NCBI GenBank assembly: GCA_965218975.1
Contig: OZ244717.1
Location: 1,120,001 to 1,184,000 of the forward strand
Source of the DNA: Candidatus Oxydemutatoraceae bacterium
Lineage (GTDB): Bacteria > Pseudomonadota > Gammaproteobacteria > Poriferisulfidales > Oxydemutatoraceae
DNA length: 64,000 bases
Direction of reading: 5' to 3'
Below, piece after piece: positions 10,120 to 22,144 of the stretch. Each line of letters opens with the position of its first letter. The stretch's first letter is position 1. Both the position numbers and the translations under genes were made by a program. The notes beneath the pieces were generated by a model that had not been told where the DNA came from, ran no database searches, and saw nothing but the letters and a program-made list of their open reading frames with translations.

Positions 10120-10415
10120 TGCAACGTGATAGATTCAGTCAAGTCTTGCTGTCGCCGCATATCTCCGAAAAAGCGACTGGTTTGGCGGAGACAATCAGGC
10201 AGCATGTTTTTAGAGTTGTGCCTGCGGCAACAAAGGATGAAGTGCGCCAAGCAATTGAATTATTTTTTAATGTCAAGGTCGCCGATGTGAATCTATTGAA
10301 TATGAAAGGAAAAAGGAAAGGGATGGGACGTACGAGAGGGCGGCGCAAACGTTGGAAAAAAGCTTACGTAACTTTGCAGGAAGGCTACGATATTCAATTA
10401 ACCGGAACCGAGTAA
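10119..10415 (+). CDS. rplW: 50S ribosomal protein L23
   Basis: PHISEKAT and WKKAYVTL; ATG overlaps the rplD stop. Confidence 0.98.
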   Translation: MQRDRFSQVLLSPHISEKATGLAETIRQHVFRVVPAATKDEVRQAIELFFNVKVADVNLLNMKGKRKGMGRTRGRRKRWKKAYVTLQEGYDIQLTGTE

Positions 10416-10421
10416 TTTGTG

Positions 10422-11255
10422 ATGTCAACTGCTTTAGTAAAAACGAGACCGACATCGCCGGGGAGGCGTTTTGCGATTAAGGTGATTGACTCCAGCTTAC
10501 GTAAGGGTAAGCCGAAAGCGCGCCGTTTAGTTGTCGGCAAGAATAAAACGGGCGGTAGAAACAACACCGGTCGGATTACGACGCGGCATATCGGCAACGG
10601 GCACAAACGTCGTTACCGAATAATTGATTTTAAACGCGATAAGCTTGGTGTTCCGGGACGAATTGAGGCATTAGAATATGATCCGAATCGTAGTGCAAAC
10701 ATTGCTTTAGTAGTGTATGCGGATGGTGAAAGGCGCTATATGCTTGCGCCTCAGGGCATTACTGTCGGTAGTCGGGTGATGTCCGGCGATGAAGCGCCGA
10801 TTGCTATAGGGAATGCTTTGCTTCTGCGGCATATTCCGGTCGGGACGTTAGTGCATGGAATCGAACTTAAAGTTGGCAAGGGTGCGCAATTGTGTCGATC
10901 CGCAGGCGCGTCGGCGCAATATGTTGCGCGCGAGGGAATGTATGCTACGCTACGTTTACGTTCGGGAGAAGTGAGAAAAGTACCGCTCAATTGCCGTGTA
11001 GTGGTTGGTGAAGTCGGTAACAACAAACATAATTTGCGTAAATACGGGAAAGCAGGTGAAAAAAGATGGCGTGGTGTACGCCCAACAGTGCGTGGCGTAG
11101 CAATGAATCCGGTGGATCATCCGCATGGAGGCGGTGAAGGTAGAACTTCGGGTGGTCGTCATCCGGTATCGCCGTGGGGGATGCCTACCAAAGGGTACCG
11201 CACTAGAAAAAACAAGCACACTAATTATTTGATTGTGCGACGCAGGAAGCCTTAA
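10422..11255 (+). CDS. rplB: 50S ribosomal protein L2
   Basis: EYDPNRSA and [17 protein letters not shown]. Confidence 0.99.
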   Translation: MSTALVKTRPTSPGRRFAIKVIDSSLRKGKPKARRLVVGKNKTGGRNNTGRITTRHIGNGHKRRYRIIDFKRDKLGVPGRIEALEYDPNRSANIALVVYADGERRYMLAPQGITVGSRVMSGDEAPIAIGNALLLRHIPVGTLVHGIELKVGKGAQLCRSAGASAQYVAREGMYATLRLRSGEVRKVPLNCRVVVGEVGNNKHNLRKYGKAGEKRWRGVRPTVRGVAMNPVDHPHGGGEGRTSGGRHPVSPWGMPTKGYRTRKNKHTNYLIVRRRKP

Positions 11256-11268
11256 GGCAGGAATTACT

Positions 11269-11547
11269 ATGCCACGTTCGCTATCAAAGGGGCCTTTTGT
11301 TGATCTTCATCTACTGAAAAAAGTTCATAATGCCGCTGATAAAAGGGACAAACGCCCAATTAAAACTTGGTCACGGCGGTCAATGATTATTCCGGAGATG
11401 GTTGGTTTGAATATTGCCGTACATAATGGTCGTCAACATATACCGTTGTACATTACTGAGCAGATGGTCGGGCATAAGCTGGGTGAATTTGCTCCGACGC
11501 GTACTTTTAAGATGCATTCGGGCGATCGCAAAACTAAAATGGTGTAA
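11269..11547 (+). CDS. rpsS: 30S ribosomal protein S19
   Basis: [32 protein letters not shown]. Confidence 0.99.
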   Translation: MPRSLSKGPFVDLHLLKKVHNAADKRDKRPIKTWSRRSMIIPEMVGLNIAVHNGRQHIPLYITEQMVGHKLGEFAPTRTFKMHSGDRKTKMV

Positions 11548-11554
11548 GGCGCAA

Positions 11555-11893
11555 ATGGAAGTAACTGCAAGATTAAGAAGGGTTCGTGTTTCGCCTCGGA
11601 AGTGCCGGTTAGTGGCGGATCGAACACGCGGGCTATTAGTCGCTAAAGCGTTGGATTTTCTGAAGTTTAGCAATAAGAAAAGTGCGTTTCTGGTAAAAAA
11701 ACTGCTGGAGTCGGCCATTGCTAATGCCGAACATAACGAGGGCGCCGATATAGACGAATTAAAAGTTAGTAGCATTTATGTGGATGAAGGCCCTACTTAT
11801 AAGAGATTTCGTCCGCGTGCGAAAGGACGGGTATCGCCCATTATGAAAAGAACCAGTCACATTACCATCACACTAAGTGACGGGCAGAGCTAG
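11555..11893 (+). CDS. rplV: 50S ribosomal protein L22
   Basis: [28 protein letters not shown]. Confidence 0.99.
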   Translation: MEVTARLRRVRVSPRKCRLVADRTRGLLVAKALDFLKFSNKKSAFLVKKLLESAIANAEHNEGADIDELKVSSIYVDEGPTYKRFRPRAKGRVSPIMKRTSHITITLSDGQS

Positions 11894-11905
11894 TCAGGAG
11901 TTATT

Positions 11906-12589
11906 ATGGGACAGAAAGTTCATCCGACGGGATTCAGACTTGGTATTACTACCGATTGGACTTCTAAGTGGTATGCGGAGAGAAGCAATTTTTCTAAGAC
12001 TTTACACACCGACATTGAAACACGTAATTATTTGCGTAATAGACTTGCGCAAGCGTCGGTTAGCCGAATTCAGATTGAAAGACCGTCTAATTCAGCTTTC
12101 ATTGTGATCCATACCGCGCGTCCAGGTATTGTGATAGGCAAGAAAGGAAAAGACATAGAAAGTTTAAGGTTAGCGGTTGCTCGTCTGATGCGTTTGAATA
12201 AGAATAATGTCAAGATTAATATCGAGGAAATCCGCAAACCTGAGATTGATGCAGCGTTGGTGGCCGATAGTATCGCTCAACAGTTGGAGCGAAGAATTAT
12301 GTTTCGTCGTGCGATGAAACGTGCGGTGCAGAATGCATTAAGACTTGGAGCGTTAGGAGTGAAAATATCGGTTTCGGGGCGTTTAAACGGTGCGGAGATC
12401 GCTCGTTCGGAGTGGTATCGTGAGGGTTGTGTGCCTCTACACACGTTACGTGCGCATATTGATTACAGTGTTGCCGAAGCAAATACGACATACGGGATTA
12501 TCGGTGTCAAAGTTTGGATTTATAAGGGAGAATCAAAAGATGTTCTCGGAAAGGATAATGAGCCGGTGCCTCTAAAACCAAGTAAATAG
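11906..12589 (+). CDS. rpsC: 30S ribosomal protein S3
   Basis: [24 protein letters not shown]. Confidence 0.99.
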   Translation: MGQKVHPTGFRLGITTDWTSKWYAERSNFSKTLHTDIETRNYLRNRLAQASVSRIQIERPSNSAFIVIHTARPGIVIGKKGKDIESLRLAVARLMRLNKNNVKINIEEIRKPEIDAALVADSIAQQLERRIMFRRAMKRAVQNALRLGALGVKISVSGRLNGAEIARSEWYREGCVPLHTLRAHIDYSVAEANTTYGIIGVKVWIYKGESKDVLGKDNEPVPLKPSK

Positions 12590-12591
12590 CC

Positions 12592-13005
12592 ATGTTACAA
12601 CCGAAGAAGACAAAATTTAGAAAAATGCAAAAAGGGCGTAATCGCGGTCTGGCATTTAACAGTAACCGCGTGAGTTTCGGCGAGTACGGTCTTAAATCGA
12701 TCGGACGCGGTCGTATTACGGCACAGCAGATTGAGGCAGCGCGCCGGGCAATGACTCGTCATGTTAAACGCGGCGGCAAAATATGGATCCGTGTTTTCCC
12801 CGACAAGCCAATTACGAAAAAACCGTTGGAAGTACGTCAGGGCAAAGGTAAGGGCAACGTTGAATTTTGGGTAGCGCAAGTACAGCCCGGCAGAATGCTC
12901 TATGAGATGGAAGGAATTAGCGAAAATCTCGCGCGTGAAGCATTTCGGCGTGCAGCGGCAAAATTGCCGGTTAAGACCGCATTCGCGCATCGAGTGATTA
13001 TGTGA
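12592..13005 (+). CDS. rplP: 50S ribosomal protein L16
   Basis: [11 protein letters not shown] and WIRVFPDKP. Confidence 0.99.
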   Translation: MLQPKKTKFRKMQKGRNRGLAFNSNRVSFGEYGLKSIGRGRITAQQIEAARRAMTRHVKRGGKIWIRVFPDKPITKKPLEVRQGKGKGNVEFWVAQVQPGRMLYEMEGISENLAREAFRRAAAKLPVKTAFAHRVIM

Positions 13006-13217
13006 TGTTAGCGAAGGAATTAGAAAGCAAGACAATTGATGAGTTGCGTAAAGAAGTGGCGGACTTACGTAAAGAGCAATGGAATTTGAAGATGGAAGGT
13101 CGAACGGGTCAATCGACGCGGTATAGCCAATTCAAGAAATTGCGTCGGGATATTGCGCGGATTTATACAGTGATGAATAAAAAGAAAAAACAAATGTATC
13201 AGGACACGACGCGATGA
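13005..13217 (+). CDS. rpmC: 50S ribosomal protein L29
   Basis: [10 protein letters not shown]; operon position. Confidence 0.95.
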   Translation: MLAKELESKTIDELRKEVADLRKEQWNLKMEGRTGQSTRYSQFKKLRRDIARIYTVMNKKKKQMYQDTTR

Positions 13218-13474
13218 GCGAAAGCGATAAAAAGCAACGTACATTAGTCGGCAATGTGATCAGTAATAAGATGAATCGTACTGCTGTAGTGGCAGTGCAG
13301 AGACGCGTCAAGCATCCGGTGTATGGCAAGTATATTACCCGTACGACAAAGTTACAGGTGCATGATGCCGAGAATGTTTGCGGTATCGGTGATTTGGTTT
13401 CAATAGCCTCATGCCGGCCGATTTCCAAGCATAAATCATGGGAGCTGCTACAGGTCATTGAGAAAGTGGATTAA
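13214..13474 (+). CDS. rpsQ: 30S ribosomal protein S17
   Basis: [25 protein letters not shown]. Confidence 0.98.
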   Translation: MSESDKKQRTLVGNVISNKMNRTAVVAVQRRVKHPVYGKYITRTTKLQVHDAENVCGIGDLVSIASCRPISKHKSWELLQVIEKVD

Positions 13475-13479
13475 GTATG

Positions 13480-13848
13480 ATGGTGCAGATGCAAACTATA
13501 GTAGAAATTGCCGACAATAGCGGCGCGCGTAAAGTGCAGTGTATTAAAGTGCTGGGCGGTTCACATCGTCGTTATGCAAGTCTTGGCGATGTAATCAAGG
13601 TGAGCGTTAAAGATGCCGCGCCGCGCGGACGTGTCAAAAAAGGCGAGGTATATAATGCGGTTATAGTGCGGACCAAGAAAGGCGTGCGCCATACCGACGG
13701 TTCGCTGATTCATTTTGACGACAATGCTGCGGTGCTTCTTAACGCGCAGCTACAGCCCATCGGCACTAGAATTTTCGGTCCGGTTACTCGTGAGCTTCGT
13801 ACTGAAAAGTTTATGAAGATTATTTCACTTGCGCCGGAAGTGTTGTAA
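13480..13848 (+). CDS. rplN: 50S ribosomal protein L14
   Basis: [31 protein letters not shown]. Confidence 0.99.
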   Translation: MVQMQTIVEIADNSGARKVQCIKVLGGSHRRYASLGDVIKVSVKDAAPRGRVKKGEVYNAVIVRTKKGVRHTDGSLIHFDDNAAVLLNAQLQPIGTRIFGPVTRELRTEKFMKIISLAPEVL

Positions 13849-13870
13849 AGTCATTAGAAAGCGAATATCA

Positions 13871-14182
13871 ATGCGAAGAATTAAAAAAAATGACGAAGTG
13901 ATTGTGATTACCGGTAAAGATAAGGGTAAGCAAGGCAAAGTATTGCGTACGGCAGGTGATACGGTAATTATCGACGGCGTTAATCTGGTGAAAAAAGCGG
14001 TGCGTCCCAATCCTAACAAAGGAGAATCCGGAGGCATCAAGTCTGAAGAATCGCCAATCCATGTATCTAATGTGCAGTTGTTTAATCCGGCGACCGGGAA
14101 AGGCGATCGGGTTGGGTTTCGAATATCGGACGACGGCAAAAAAGTAAGGTATTTCAAGTCCGGCGGTGAGAAGGTAGATTGA
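13871..14182 (+). CDS. rplX: 50S ribosomal protein L24
   Basis: KOW motif [17 protein letters not shown] and PIHVSNV. Confidence 0.98.
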   Translation: MRRIKKNDEVIVITGKDKGKQGKVLRTAGDTVIIDGVNLVKKAVRPNPNKGESGGIKSEESPIHVSNVQLFNPATGKGDRVGFRISDDGKKVRYFKSGGEKVD

Positions 14183-14186
14183 AGAA

Positions 14187-14750
14187 ATGATTGGAGCGAC
14201 TGCAAAACCACGGCTGGAACAAATGTATAAAGATGTTGTTTTAAAACGTCTGCAGGAAACGTTGAAGTTGAGCTCAGCGATTCAAGTGCCGCGATTGGAT
14301 AAAATCACCATCAACATGGGGTTGGGCGAAGCGGCGCGCGATAAGAATATTATTGCTGCTGCGGTCGAAGATATGACCAAGATCGCCGGTCAAAAAGCGA
14401 TTGTTACTCGGGCAAGGAGGTCTATTGCAACTTTCGGTATTCGTGCCGGTTGGCCGATTGGCTGTAAGGTGACATTGCGCAAAGCACGCATGTATGAATT
14501 TTTGGATCGTCTGATTAATGTTGCGGTTCCGCGAATTAGAGATTTTCGCGGGTTTACCCCAAAGTCGTTTGACGGCCGCGGTAACTATACATTGGGTATT
14601 TCAGAGCAAATCGTTTTTCCGGAAATAGATTATGACAAAATTGACAAGTTACGCGGTATGGACATTACGTTAACGACCAATACAAATAATGCTCGGTTTT
14701 CTCATGCATTGCTAACAGAGTTTAATTTTCCATTTAAGGAGTCAACATAG
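14187..14750 (+). CDS. rplE: 50S ribosomal protein L5
   Basis: [23 protein letters not shown]. Confidence 0.99.
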   Translation: MIGATAKPRLEQMYKDVVLKRLQETLKLSSAIQVPRLDKITINMGLGEAARDKNIIAAAVEDMTKIAGQKAIVTRARRSIATFGIRAGWPIGCKVTLRKARMYEFLDRLINVAVPRIRDFRGFTPKSFDGRGNYTLGISEQIVFPEIDYDKIDKLRGMDITLTTNTNNARFSHALLTEFNFPFKEST

Positions 14751-14760
14751 GATTTTGTTT

Positions 14761-15066
14761 ATGGCGAAAGTTTCTGTTATCGAAAGGGAGAAAAAGCGGA
14801 TTCGGATAGTTAGGAAATATCAATCGGAACGTGTACGCTTGAAAAAACTCATTCAAAGTTCTCAGATAAGCGACGAAGAGCGTTTGCAAGCGATTGCGGA
14901 TTTACAGGTATTACCGCGTAATTCCAGTCCGTGTCGCTTACGTAATCGTTGTGTTGTAACCGGTAGACCGCGTGGTTTTTATCGAAAATTCGGTTTATCG
15001 CGCAATAAATTGCGTGAGCACGCAATGAACGGCGATATACCGGGTTTGGTGAAAGCAAGTTGGTAA
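14761..15066 (+). CDS. rpsN: 30S ribosomal protein S14 (long, 101 aa form)
   Basis: [26 protein letters not shown]. Confidence 0.99.
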   Translation: MAKVSVIEREKKRIRIVRKYQSERVRLKKLIQSSQISDEERLQAIADLQVLPRNSSPCRLRNRCVVTGRPRGFYRKFGLSRNKLREHAMNGDIPGLVKASW

Positions 15067-15078
15067 GGAGTTGATACG

Positions 15079-15474
15079 ATGTCGATGAGTGACCCGATTG
15101 CAGATATGTTGACACGTATTCGCAATGCGCAGGCGGTGGATATGCCGGATGTGAGCATGCCTCATTCAAAAATGAAACTTGCGATTGCGAAAACTTTAAA
15201 GGAAGAAGGCTATATTCACGATTTCCATGTTGGCAAGCAGGGAAGTCACGCTACTTTGACGTTAATATTAAAGTATTTTGAAAATAAACCTGTGATTGAG
15301 CTAATTTGGCGTGTAAGCCGCCCCGGGCTGAGAATCTATCGTGGTGTTAAGGGTCTACCGACAGTGATGGGGGGGCTAGGTATTGCAATTATTTCAACTT
15401 CAAACGGTGTGATGAGTAACCGTCAAGCAATTGCCGAGCATCAAGGCGGCGAAGTCTTATGTATTGTCGAATGA
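15079..15474 (+). CDS. rpsH: 30S ribosomal protein S8
   Basis: [13 protein letters not shown] and SRPGLRIY. Confidence 0.99.
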   Translation: MSMSDPIADMLTRIRNAQAVDMPDVSMPHSKMKLAIAKTLKEEGYIHDFHVGKQGSHATLTLILKYFENKPVIELIWRVSRPGLRIYRGVKGLPTVMGGLGIAIISTSNGVMSNRQAIAEHQGGEVLCIVE

Positions 15475-15481
15475 TGCGGAT

Positions 15482-16009
15482 ATGACACGATTTGCCGACA
15501 AATTAATTAATATTCCGCCCGGTGTCGAAGTACACGTATCCGGCCGTGAAATTATGGCAAAAGGACCGCGAGGAAAAAATCAAATGTCGGTGCATGAGAT
15601 GGTGGAATTTAGCTATAGTGAAAGAGGTCTCAAGTTTAGTCACACTCAAAAAGAAGCATCACCTTTTACTGGTACAATGTATTCGTTGGCAAACAATTTA
15701 CTCATCGGTGTAAGTCAAGGTTTTGAAAAGCGGCTGGAATTGGTTGGTGTGGGCTACCGTGCGCAAGTCAAAGGAAAGGCGCTGAATTTACAATTGGGTT
15801 TTTCCCATCCTATCGATTTTTTGATTCCTGAAGGTATTACGATTGAAACGCCGAGCCAAACAGAAGTGGTAATTAAAGGAGTGGATAAACAAAAAGTCGG
15901 ACAGACAGCCGCCGAGATTCATGCGTTAAGGCCGCCGGAACCCTATAAAGGTAAAGGTGTACGTTATAAAAATGAAAGAATCCTTCGCAAGGAAGGCAAA
16001 AAGAAATAA
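15482..16009 (+). CDS. rplF: 50S ribosomal protein L6
   Basis: [20 protein letters not shown]. Confidence 0.99.
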   Translation: MTRFADKLINIPPGVEVHVSGREIMAKGPRGKNQMSVHEMVEFSYSERGLKFSHTQKEASPFTGTMYSLANNLLIGVSQGFEKRLELVGVGYRAQVKGKALNLQLGFSHPIDFLIPEGITIETPSQTEVVIKGVDKQKVGQTAAEIHALRPPEPYKGKGVRYKNERILRKEGKKK

Positions 16010-16362
16010 TGGATAAACAGAAGGCTAGATTACGCCGTGCGCGAAAAACGAGGAGCACGATACGGCGGAGTAACATCCATCGTCTGTGCGTGCATCGAAC
16101 CCCGCGGCATATTTACGCTTACATTATATTGGCGGACGGTTCGAAAACGTTGGCTACTGCTTCAACATTAGATAAAGAAATTACTGCCGCAGACAACAAA
16201 GGAAATAAATCGGAACTTGCAGCAAAGGTGGGTGAATTAATTGCTAAGCGCTCTCTTGAGAAAGGAGTGAAAGACGTTGCTTTTGATCGTTCCGGGTTTA
16301 AGTATCACGGACGAGTTAAAGCGCTTGCCGAATCAGCACGTACGAATGGTTTAAACTTTTGA
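16009..16362 (+). CDS. rplR: 50S ribosomal protein L18
   Basis: [16 protein letters not shown]. Confidence 0.99.
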   Translation: MDKQKARLRRARKTRSTIRRSNIHRLCVHRTPRHIYAYIILADGSKTLATASTLDKEITAADNKGNKSELAAKVGELIAKRSLEKGVKDVAFDRSGFKYHGRVKALAESARTNGLNF

Positions 16363-16374
16363 TGGAGAAACGAA

Positions 16375-16893
16375 ATGGGAAGGAATGTTCAAACAGCTGA
16401 ATTGACTGACAACCTGCTGGAAAAATTGGTGCATGTGAATCGCGTTGCCAAAGTAGTGAAGGGTGGTAGACAGTTTGGATTCGCGGCGTTGACGGTTGTC
16501 GGGGATAACAATGGCCAAGTTGGTTGTGGTTACGGAAAGGCGCGTGAGGTACCGCTTGCTATTCAAAAAGCGATGGAATCGGCGCGCAAAAATATGGTGA
16601 CGGTACCACTGAAGGACGGCACTTTATATTATCCTGTGATGGTTCGTTATGGTGCGGCAAAAGTCTATATGCAACCGGCATCTTCCGGCACAGGCATTAT
16701 TGCAGGTGGCACAATGCGTGCGGTATTTGAAGTATTAGGCGTTAGAGACGTATTGGCAAAAATCATCGGTTCGTGTAATCCGATTAATGTTGTGCGAGCG
16801 ACGGTAAAAGGACTATCGGAGATGCATTCTCCGGAAAAAATGGCAATGAAACGTGGTAAAACTATTGCAAATTTGATCCATACAGGGAAATAG
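16375..16893 (+). CDS. rpsE: 30S ribosomal protein S5
   Basis: [11 protein letters not shown] and GTGIIAGG. Confidence 0.99.
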   Translation: MGRNVQTAELTDNLLEKLVHVNRVAKVVKGGRQFGFAALTVVGDNNGQVGCGYGKAREVPLAIQKAMESARKNMVTVPLKDGTLYYPVMVRYGAAKVYMQPASSGTGIIAGGTMRAVFEVLGVRDVLAKIIGSCNPINVVRATVKGLSEMHSPEKMAMKRGKTIANLIHTGK

Positions 16894-16907
16894 CACGAGA
16901 TATAAAA

Positions 16908-17090
16908 ATGCCCGAACAGTTAAAGATCACCCTGGTGAAAAGTATGAATGGCCGGTTAAAGTCGCATCAGTTATGTGTTCGCGGACTTGGTTTGAAACGT
17001 ATGCATCAGACAGTAACGGTGGAAGATACATCGGCAAACCGAGGCATGGCGAAGAAAGCCCACTATCTCTTAAAAGTTGAGTCTATTTAG
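16908..17090 (+). CDS. rpmD: 50S ribosomal protein L30
   Basis: 60 aa, GLGLKR..NRGM; lies between rpsE and rplO. Confidence 0.97.
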   Translation: MPEQLKITLVKSMNGRLKSHQLCVRGLGLKRMHQTVTVEDTSANRGMAKKAHYLLKVESI

Positions 17091-17091
17091 A

Positions 17092-17538
17092 ATGAGTACA
17101 TCGCTTAAATTAAATACTATCCAACCCGCAAAAGGTGCGAAGCAAGTCGCTAAACGTGTCGGACGAGGTACAGGTTCCGGTTTGGGAAAGACCTGCGGAC
17201 GAGGAAGTAAAGGACAAAAATCACGTGCCGGTAGTTACCGTAGAGTGGGATTTGAAGGCGGGCAAATGCCAGTGCAGAGACGATTGCCCAAGTTTGGATT
17301 TCGTTCGCCGCAAGCGAGCTTGACTGCGCAAGTTCAATTACATGAATTGGCGAATATTACGCAAAATCCGATTGATCATGCGGCGCTGATTGCTGCAGGT
17401 GTCGTACCGAAACGATCGAAAAAGGCGAAGGTAATTTTATCGGGCCGGCTAGATAGGGCAGTGGTGCTTCAAGGCATCGCGGCAACCCGAGGAGCGCGCC
17501 GAGCGATTGAATCTGTCGGCGGCAAAGTGGAGGAGTAG
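17092..17538 (+). CDS. rplO: 50S ribosomal protein L15
   Basis: GRGTGSGLGKT and GFEGGQMP. Confidence 0.99.
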   Translation: MSTSLKLNTIQPAKGAKQVAKRVGRGTGSGLGKTCGRGSKGQKSRAGSYRRVGFEGGQMPVQRRLPKFGFRSPQASLTAQVQLHELANITQNPIDHAALIAAGVVPKRSKKAKVILSGRLDRAVVLQGIAATRGARRAIESVGGKVEE

Positions 17539-17541
17539 GCA

Positions 17542-18879
17542 ATGTCTGTAGCGCAACAGGGATTAGCGGCAAGTCTTTCGGGAGTTAAGCGTGCTTCGGA
17601 GTTGCGTAGCCGTTTGTTGTTTGTGTTAATGGCATTAGTCATTTATCGCATTGGCAGTTTTATTCCGGTTCCCGGGATTGACCCTGAACAAATGGCACAA
17701 TTTTTTGAACAGCAAAGCGGCACTATTTTAGATATGTTTAATATGTTTTCGGGTGGTGCGCTGGAACGTCTTAGTTTGTTTGCATTGGGCGTAATGCCGT
17801 ATATTTCAGCATCCATCATCATGCAGCTGACTACAGCGATTATTCCGTCAATGAAGGAATTGAAAAAGGAGGGTGAGCGTGGTCGTCGCGTGATTATGCA
17901 ATATACTCGCTACGGAACGGTAGTTCTTGCCACATTTCAGGCGATTGGTGTTGCCATCGCTCTGCAGAGCCAAGGCGTTGCCTACGTGACTGGTCCCGGA
18001 TTTATTTTAACGGTGGCGATTTCGTTGGTAACCGGAACAATGTTTTTAATGTGGTTAGGTGAGCAGATTAACGAAAAAGGTATCGGCAATGGCATCTCGA
18101 TTATTATTTTTGCCGGCATTGTCGCCGGGCTTCCTTCGGCAGCGGGTGGCACTTTGGAACTTGCGAGCACCGGTGAATTATCTCCGCCGTTGGTCATGTT
18201 GCTTTTTGCGTTGGCGATTGCTGTGACCGGATTTGTGGTTTTCACTGAAAGAGGACAGCGGCGTTTGACGATCAATTACGCAAGACGTCAACGCGGACAA
18301 CGGATTTATGCGGGTCAATCAAGTCATTTGCCGTTGAAATTAAATATGGCAGGGGTCATTCCACCGATTTTTGCATCAAGTATTATTTTATTTCCGGCAA
18401 CTTTGGGGCAGTGGTTTGGTCGTGCTGATGGTTTCGGTTGGTTGAGCAGCTTTTCAACTGCAATTGCGCCTGGACAACCTTTGTACATTACATTTTATGC
18501 GGCAGCAATTATTTTCTTTTGCTTTTTTTATACTGCGATCGTGTTTGATGCAAACGATACGGCAGATAACTTAAAGCGTGCCGGCGCGTTTGTTCCCGGA
18601 ATCAGACCGGGTCGGCAGACGGCAAACTACATTGATAGTGTTACTAGTCGCTTGACGATGGCAGGCGCCATCTATATTACTTTGGTTTGTTTACTGCCTG
18701 AGTTTTTGGTACTGTCATGGAATGTCCCGTTTTATTTCGGCGGAACTTCATTATTGATTATTGTCGTTGTTATCATGGACTTTATGGCTCAAGTTCAAGT
18801 TCATTTGATGTCACACCAATATGAAGGATTGATGAAAAAAGCTAATTTAAAGACGCAACGGCGTTCACGCCGGATATGA
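17542..18879 (+). CDS. secY: Preprotein translocase subunit SecY
   Basis: [33 protein letters not shown]. Confidence 0.99.
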   Translation: MSVAQQGLAASLSGVKRASELRSRLLFVLMALVIYRIGSFIPVPGIDPEQMAQFFEQQSGTILDMFNMFSGGALERLSLFALGVMPYISASIIMQLTTAIIPSMKELKKEGERGRRVIMQYTRYGTVVLATFQAIGVAIALQSQGVAYVTGPGFILTVAISLVTGTMFLMWLGEQINEKGIGNGISIIIFAGIVAGLPSAAGGTLELASTGELSPPLVMLLFALAIAVTGFVVFTERGQRRLTINYARRQRGQRIYAGQSSHLPLKLNMAGVIPPIFASSIILFPATLGQWFGRADGFGWLSSFSTAIAPGQPLYITFYAAAIIFFCFFYTAIVFDANDTADNLKRAGAFVPGIRPGRQTANYIDSVTSRLTMAGAIYITLVCLLPEFLVLSWNVPFYFGGTSLLIIVVVIMDFMAQVQVHLMSHQYEGLMKKANLKTQRRSRRI

Positions 18880-18902
18880 TTTAGAAAGCACAGAGGAGTG
18901 CA

Positions 18903-19016
18903 ATGAAAGTACGTGCATCAGTAAAAAAGATTTGTCGACACTGCAAAATTATTCGGCGGAAGGGTGTAGTTCGCGTTATTTGTACCGATCCAAGGCATAA
19001 GCAAAGGCAGGGGTAA
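18903..19016 (+). CDS. rpmJ: 50S ribosomal protein L36 (Zn-ribbon type; too short for the ORF track)
   Basis: Translated by hand: [37 protein letters not shown]; GAGGAG Shine-Dalgarno upstream. Confidence 0.97.
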   Translation: MKVRASVKKICRHCKIIRRKGVVRVICTDPRHKQRQG

Positions 19017-19025
19017 GACCGTCGC

Positions 19026-19054
19026 ATGCGTACCCGGATATTTTCTTTTATAAT
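19026..19054 (+). promoter_or_regulatory. Possible alpha-operon promoter
   Basis: TATAAT at 19049-19054 with weak -35 ATGCGT 17 bp upstream, in the rpmJ-rpsM spacer. Confidence 0.4.
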
Positions 19055-19078
19055 ACATCGCTTTTTTGGGAAGTGACG

Positions 19079-19435
19079 ATGGCACGGATCATAGGCATTA
19101 ATATTCCCGATAATAAGCATGCTACCATAGCATTAACGGCTATTTTGGGTATCGGTAGAAGCACCGCACGTAAAATTTGCATTGCAAGTAAAGTTCGCCC
19201 CGATGTAAAGATAAAAGATTTGGATGAGAAAGATTTGGAGAGGATTCGGAGAGAGGTTGTTCAGTATACGGTTGAGGGCGACTTACGTCGCGAAATTAAT
19301 TTAAACATCAAGCGGTTACGGGATTTAGGCTGTTATCGCGGTTTGCGTCATCGGCGTGGGTTGCCGGTGCATGGTCAGCGGACTCGCACGAATGCCAGAA
19401 CACGTAAAGGACCGCGCAAAATCATTAAGAAATAA
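19079..19435 (+). CDS. rpsM: 30S ribosomal protein S13
   Basis: VEGDLRRE and [14 protein letters not shown]. Confidence 0.99.
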   Translation: MARIIGINIPDNKHATIALTAILGIGRSTARKICIASKVRPDVKIKDLDEKDLERIRREVVQYTVEGDLRREINLNIKRLRDLGCYRGLRHRRGLPVHGQRTRTNARTRKGPRKIIKK

Positions 19436-19441
19436 TATCTG

Positions 19442-19828
19442 ATGGTAAAAAAAACTAACAGTCGTAAGAAAGTAAAAAAGAATATTACTGATGGTATCGC
19501 CCACATTAGTTCTTCTTTTAATAACACAATCATTATGATCACCGATCGACAAGGGAATGCTTTATGCTGGGCGACTGCGGGTGCTTCCGGATTCAAAGGT
19601 TCGCGTAAAAGCACGCCATTTGCCGCGCAAGTTGCCGCCGAACGTGTCGGTAAGATGGCGAAAGGATTCGGCATACAAAATCTTGAAGTAAATGTCAAAG
19701 GTCCCGGTCCTGGGCGCGAATCTGCGGTGCGTTCCTTAAATGCGGTCGGTCTTAAGATTTCTAGTATCACAGATGTAACGCCAATTCCGCATAATGGTTG
19801 TCGTCCACCTAAACGTCGTCGCGTTTGA
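19442..19828 (+). CDS. rpsK: 30S ribosomal protein S11
   Basis: RKSTPFAAQ and [18 protein letters not shown]. Confidence 0.99.
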   Translation: MVKKTNSRKKVKKNITDGIAHISSSFNNTIIMITDRQGNALCWATAGASGFKGSRKSTPFAAQVAAERVGKMAKGFGIQNLEVNVKGPGPGRESAVRSLNAVGLKISSITDVTPIPHNGCRPPKRRRV

Positions 19829-19846
19829 CTTCGGAGTTATTAAACT

Positions 19847-20467
19847 ATGGCACGTTACCTCGGACCCACATGTAAATTAAGCAGACGCGAAGGCACCGAT
19901 CTTATGCTGAAAAGTCGGACGCGTGCGCTTGAAACAAAGTGTAATATGGATAAAGTTCCCGGACAGCATGGCGAACGCAAACCCAGAATATCGGATTACG
20001 GTATACAGTTGCGTGAAAAACAAAAATTGCGTCGAATTTATGGCGTGATGGAGAAGCAATTCCGTAACTATTATAAGCGGGCGACGCGGACGAAAGGTTC
20101 AACGGGTGAAAACTTGTTACGTTTGCTGGAGTGCCGCTTGGATAACGTGGTGTATCGGATGGGTTTTGGATCAACGCGCAAAGAATCGCGGCAATTGGTC
20201 AACCATAAAGCAGTGCGAGTTAACGGAAAGCAAGTCAATATTCCCGCGTACCAGGTTATGCCGTCGGATGAAATTAGCATCGCCGATAAATCGTGCGAAC
20301 AACTACGTATTAAGGATTCATTTAATATTGCGAAACAAATTGGTTTCCCGGATTGGATTGAAGTTGATGTTGATGCAATGAAAGCTGTGTTCAAAAGTAT
20401 TCCTGAAAGAGCGGAGTTGTCGCAGGATATTAATGAATCTTTAGTTGTGGAACTTTATTCCAAATAG
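19847..20467 (+). CDS. rpsD: 30S ribosomal protein S4
   Basis: [30 protein letters not shown]. Confidence 0.99.
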   Translation: MARYLGPTCKLSRREGTDLMLKSRTRALETKCNMDKVPGQHGERKPRISDYGIQLREKQKLRRIYGVMEKQFRNYYKRATRTKGSTGENLLRLLECRLDNVVYRMGFGSTRKESRQLVNHKAVRVNGKQVNIPAYQVMPSDEISIADKSCEQLRIKDSFNIAKQIGFPDWIEVDVDAMKAVFKSIPERAELSQDINESLVVELYSK

Positions 20468-20497
20468 AAAATTTTTGTACATTAGGAGTCAGCAGCA

Positions 20498-21508
20498 GTG
20501 GCATATATTGAAAACTTATTAACGCCGCGTATTGAGGATATACGCACTATCTCGGACAATTGTATGCGTATTACCATGGAGCCCTTGGAGCGTGGGTTTG
20601 CTCACACCTTAGGCAATGCTTTACGCCGTGTGCTATTGTCGTCAATCCCAGGAGCGGCGGTGGTTGAGGTACGGATTGAAGGCGTTTTACATGAGTACAA
20701 CATCATTGAAGGTGTGGAAGAGGATGTGATTGATATAATGCTGAACTTAAAAGGTCTGGCTATCAAAATGCATAATAAAAATATAGCAAATATTTTGTTG
20801 ACGAAAAAAGGTCCCAGGGTTGTGATCGGTGAAGATTTACAAACCGATAGCGATATTGAAATCGTTAATAAGCAACATGTCATTGCCAATCTAACCGAAA
20901 AAGGCAGTCTTGAGATGATGTTGCTGATAGAGAGAGGACGAGGTTATCAGCCGTCATCCGACCGTAAGAAATTGGAAAGTGAGCAAGGACATACGGTAGG
21001 CAGATTGCTACTTGACGCAAGTTTCAGCCCGGTTCTGCGTGTGACTTACAGTGTCGATACGGCGCGTGTTGAACGACGTACCGATTTGGACAGCTTAATT
21101 TTGGAAGTGGAGACGAATGGCACGATTTCACCCGAAAATGCGGTGCGTGAAGCAGCGCATATTCTGCATCAGCAGATTGAATCCTTTGCCGAATTCGACA
21201 GTAGCAAGCCGGTTCAGGAAGAGCGGGTGACCGATGAGTTGAATCCGTTACTGCTGATGCCGATTGATGAGCTCGATCTTACGGTACGTTCCACTAACTG
21301 TTTGAAAGCCGAGCGTATCTTCTATGTCGGGGACTTAGTGGTTCGTACTGAAGTTGAATTGTTGAAGGCGCCGAATTTGGGCAGGAAGTCGTTGGACGAA
21401 ATTAAATCAGTTTTAGCAGAGCGTGGATTGAGTCTTGGTACCGAGTTGGAAAATTGGACGCCTGCCAGATTGCGTATGGGAGGCGACATAGGGATATTCT
21501 CGCGCTAG
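20498..21508 (+). CDS. rpoA: DNA-directed RNA polymerase subunit alpha
   Basis: [33 protein letters not shown]. Confidence 0.99.
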   Translation: MAYIENLLTPRIEDIRTISDNCMRITMEPLERGFAHTLGNALRRVLLSSIPGAAVVEVRIEGVLHEYNIIEGVEEDVIDIMLNLKGLAIKMHNKNIANILLTKKGPRVVIGEDLQTDSDIEIVNKQHVIANLTEKGSLEMMLLIERGRGYQPSSDRKKLESEQGHTVGRLLLDASFSPVLRVTYSVDTARVERRTDLDSLILEVETNGTISPENAVREAAHILHQQIESFAEFDSSKPVQEERVTDELNPLLLMPIDELDLTVRSTNCLKAERIFYVGDLVVRTEVELLKAPNLGRKSLDEIKSVLAERGLSLGTELENWTPARLRMGGDIGIFSR

Positions 21509-21541
21509 TCGCGTGGTTAGGGTATATAGTGGATAAATATT

Positions 21542-21916
21542 ATGCGTCATCGTTGTTCGGGAAGAAAATTAAATCGTACTGGCAGCCATCGCCAAGCGAT
21601 GTTTGCGAATATTAGCGTGGCTTTAATTGAACACGAGGTGATTCGTACAACATTGCCAAAAGCAAAAGAGTTGAGACGAACGATTGAACCGCTGATTACC
21701 CTGTCCAAAAATGATAGTGTTGCGGCACGCCGAAGAACTTTTGCTAAATTACGCAATAAAGCGGCAGTCGGTAAATTATTTACCGAGCTGGGCCCGCGCT
21801 ATAAGGAACGAAACGGCGGGTACTTGAAGATCCTTAAGCATGGTTTTCGTAATGGCGACAATGCTCCGATGGCTTATGTTGAATTGATTGATCGCCCGAC
21901 AGATTCTTCCGAATAA
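21542..21916 (+). CDS. rplQ: 50S ribosomal protein L17
   Basis: [26 protein letters not shown]. Confidence 0.99.
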   Translation: MRHRCSGRKLNRTGSHRQAMFANISVALIEHEVIRTTLPKAKELRRTIEPLITLSKNDSVAARRRTFAKLRNKAAVGKLFTELGPRYKERNGGYLKILKHGFRNGDNAPMAYVELIDRPTDSSE

Positions 21917-22081
21917 GAAGATTTTACTAATAAAATTTCCAATCTCTATTTTGTTCGCCGGTTTCCATGAAAGCGGGGATATAGGAATATTGCTATTCCT
22001 TTGTTGTGAACAGATATTCGGATCGATAGAATTTAAGGCTGTAAGCTATTGATTTATGATTTTTATAAAATACGGAAGGGT

Positions 22082-22117
22082 AAAAAAAAGCCGGGTATTG
22101 TTATTACACCCGGCTTT
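22082..22117 (-). terminator. Intrinsic terminator downstream of pstS (possibly bidirectional)
   Basis: Stem AAAGCCGGGT/ACCCGGCTTT followed by a long U tract on the minus strand; lies between convergent rplQ and pstS. Confidence 0.8.
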
Positions 22118-22144
22118 CCCTCAGATTATTTTTAATTAAAGACG

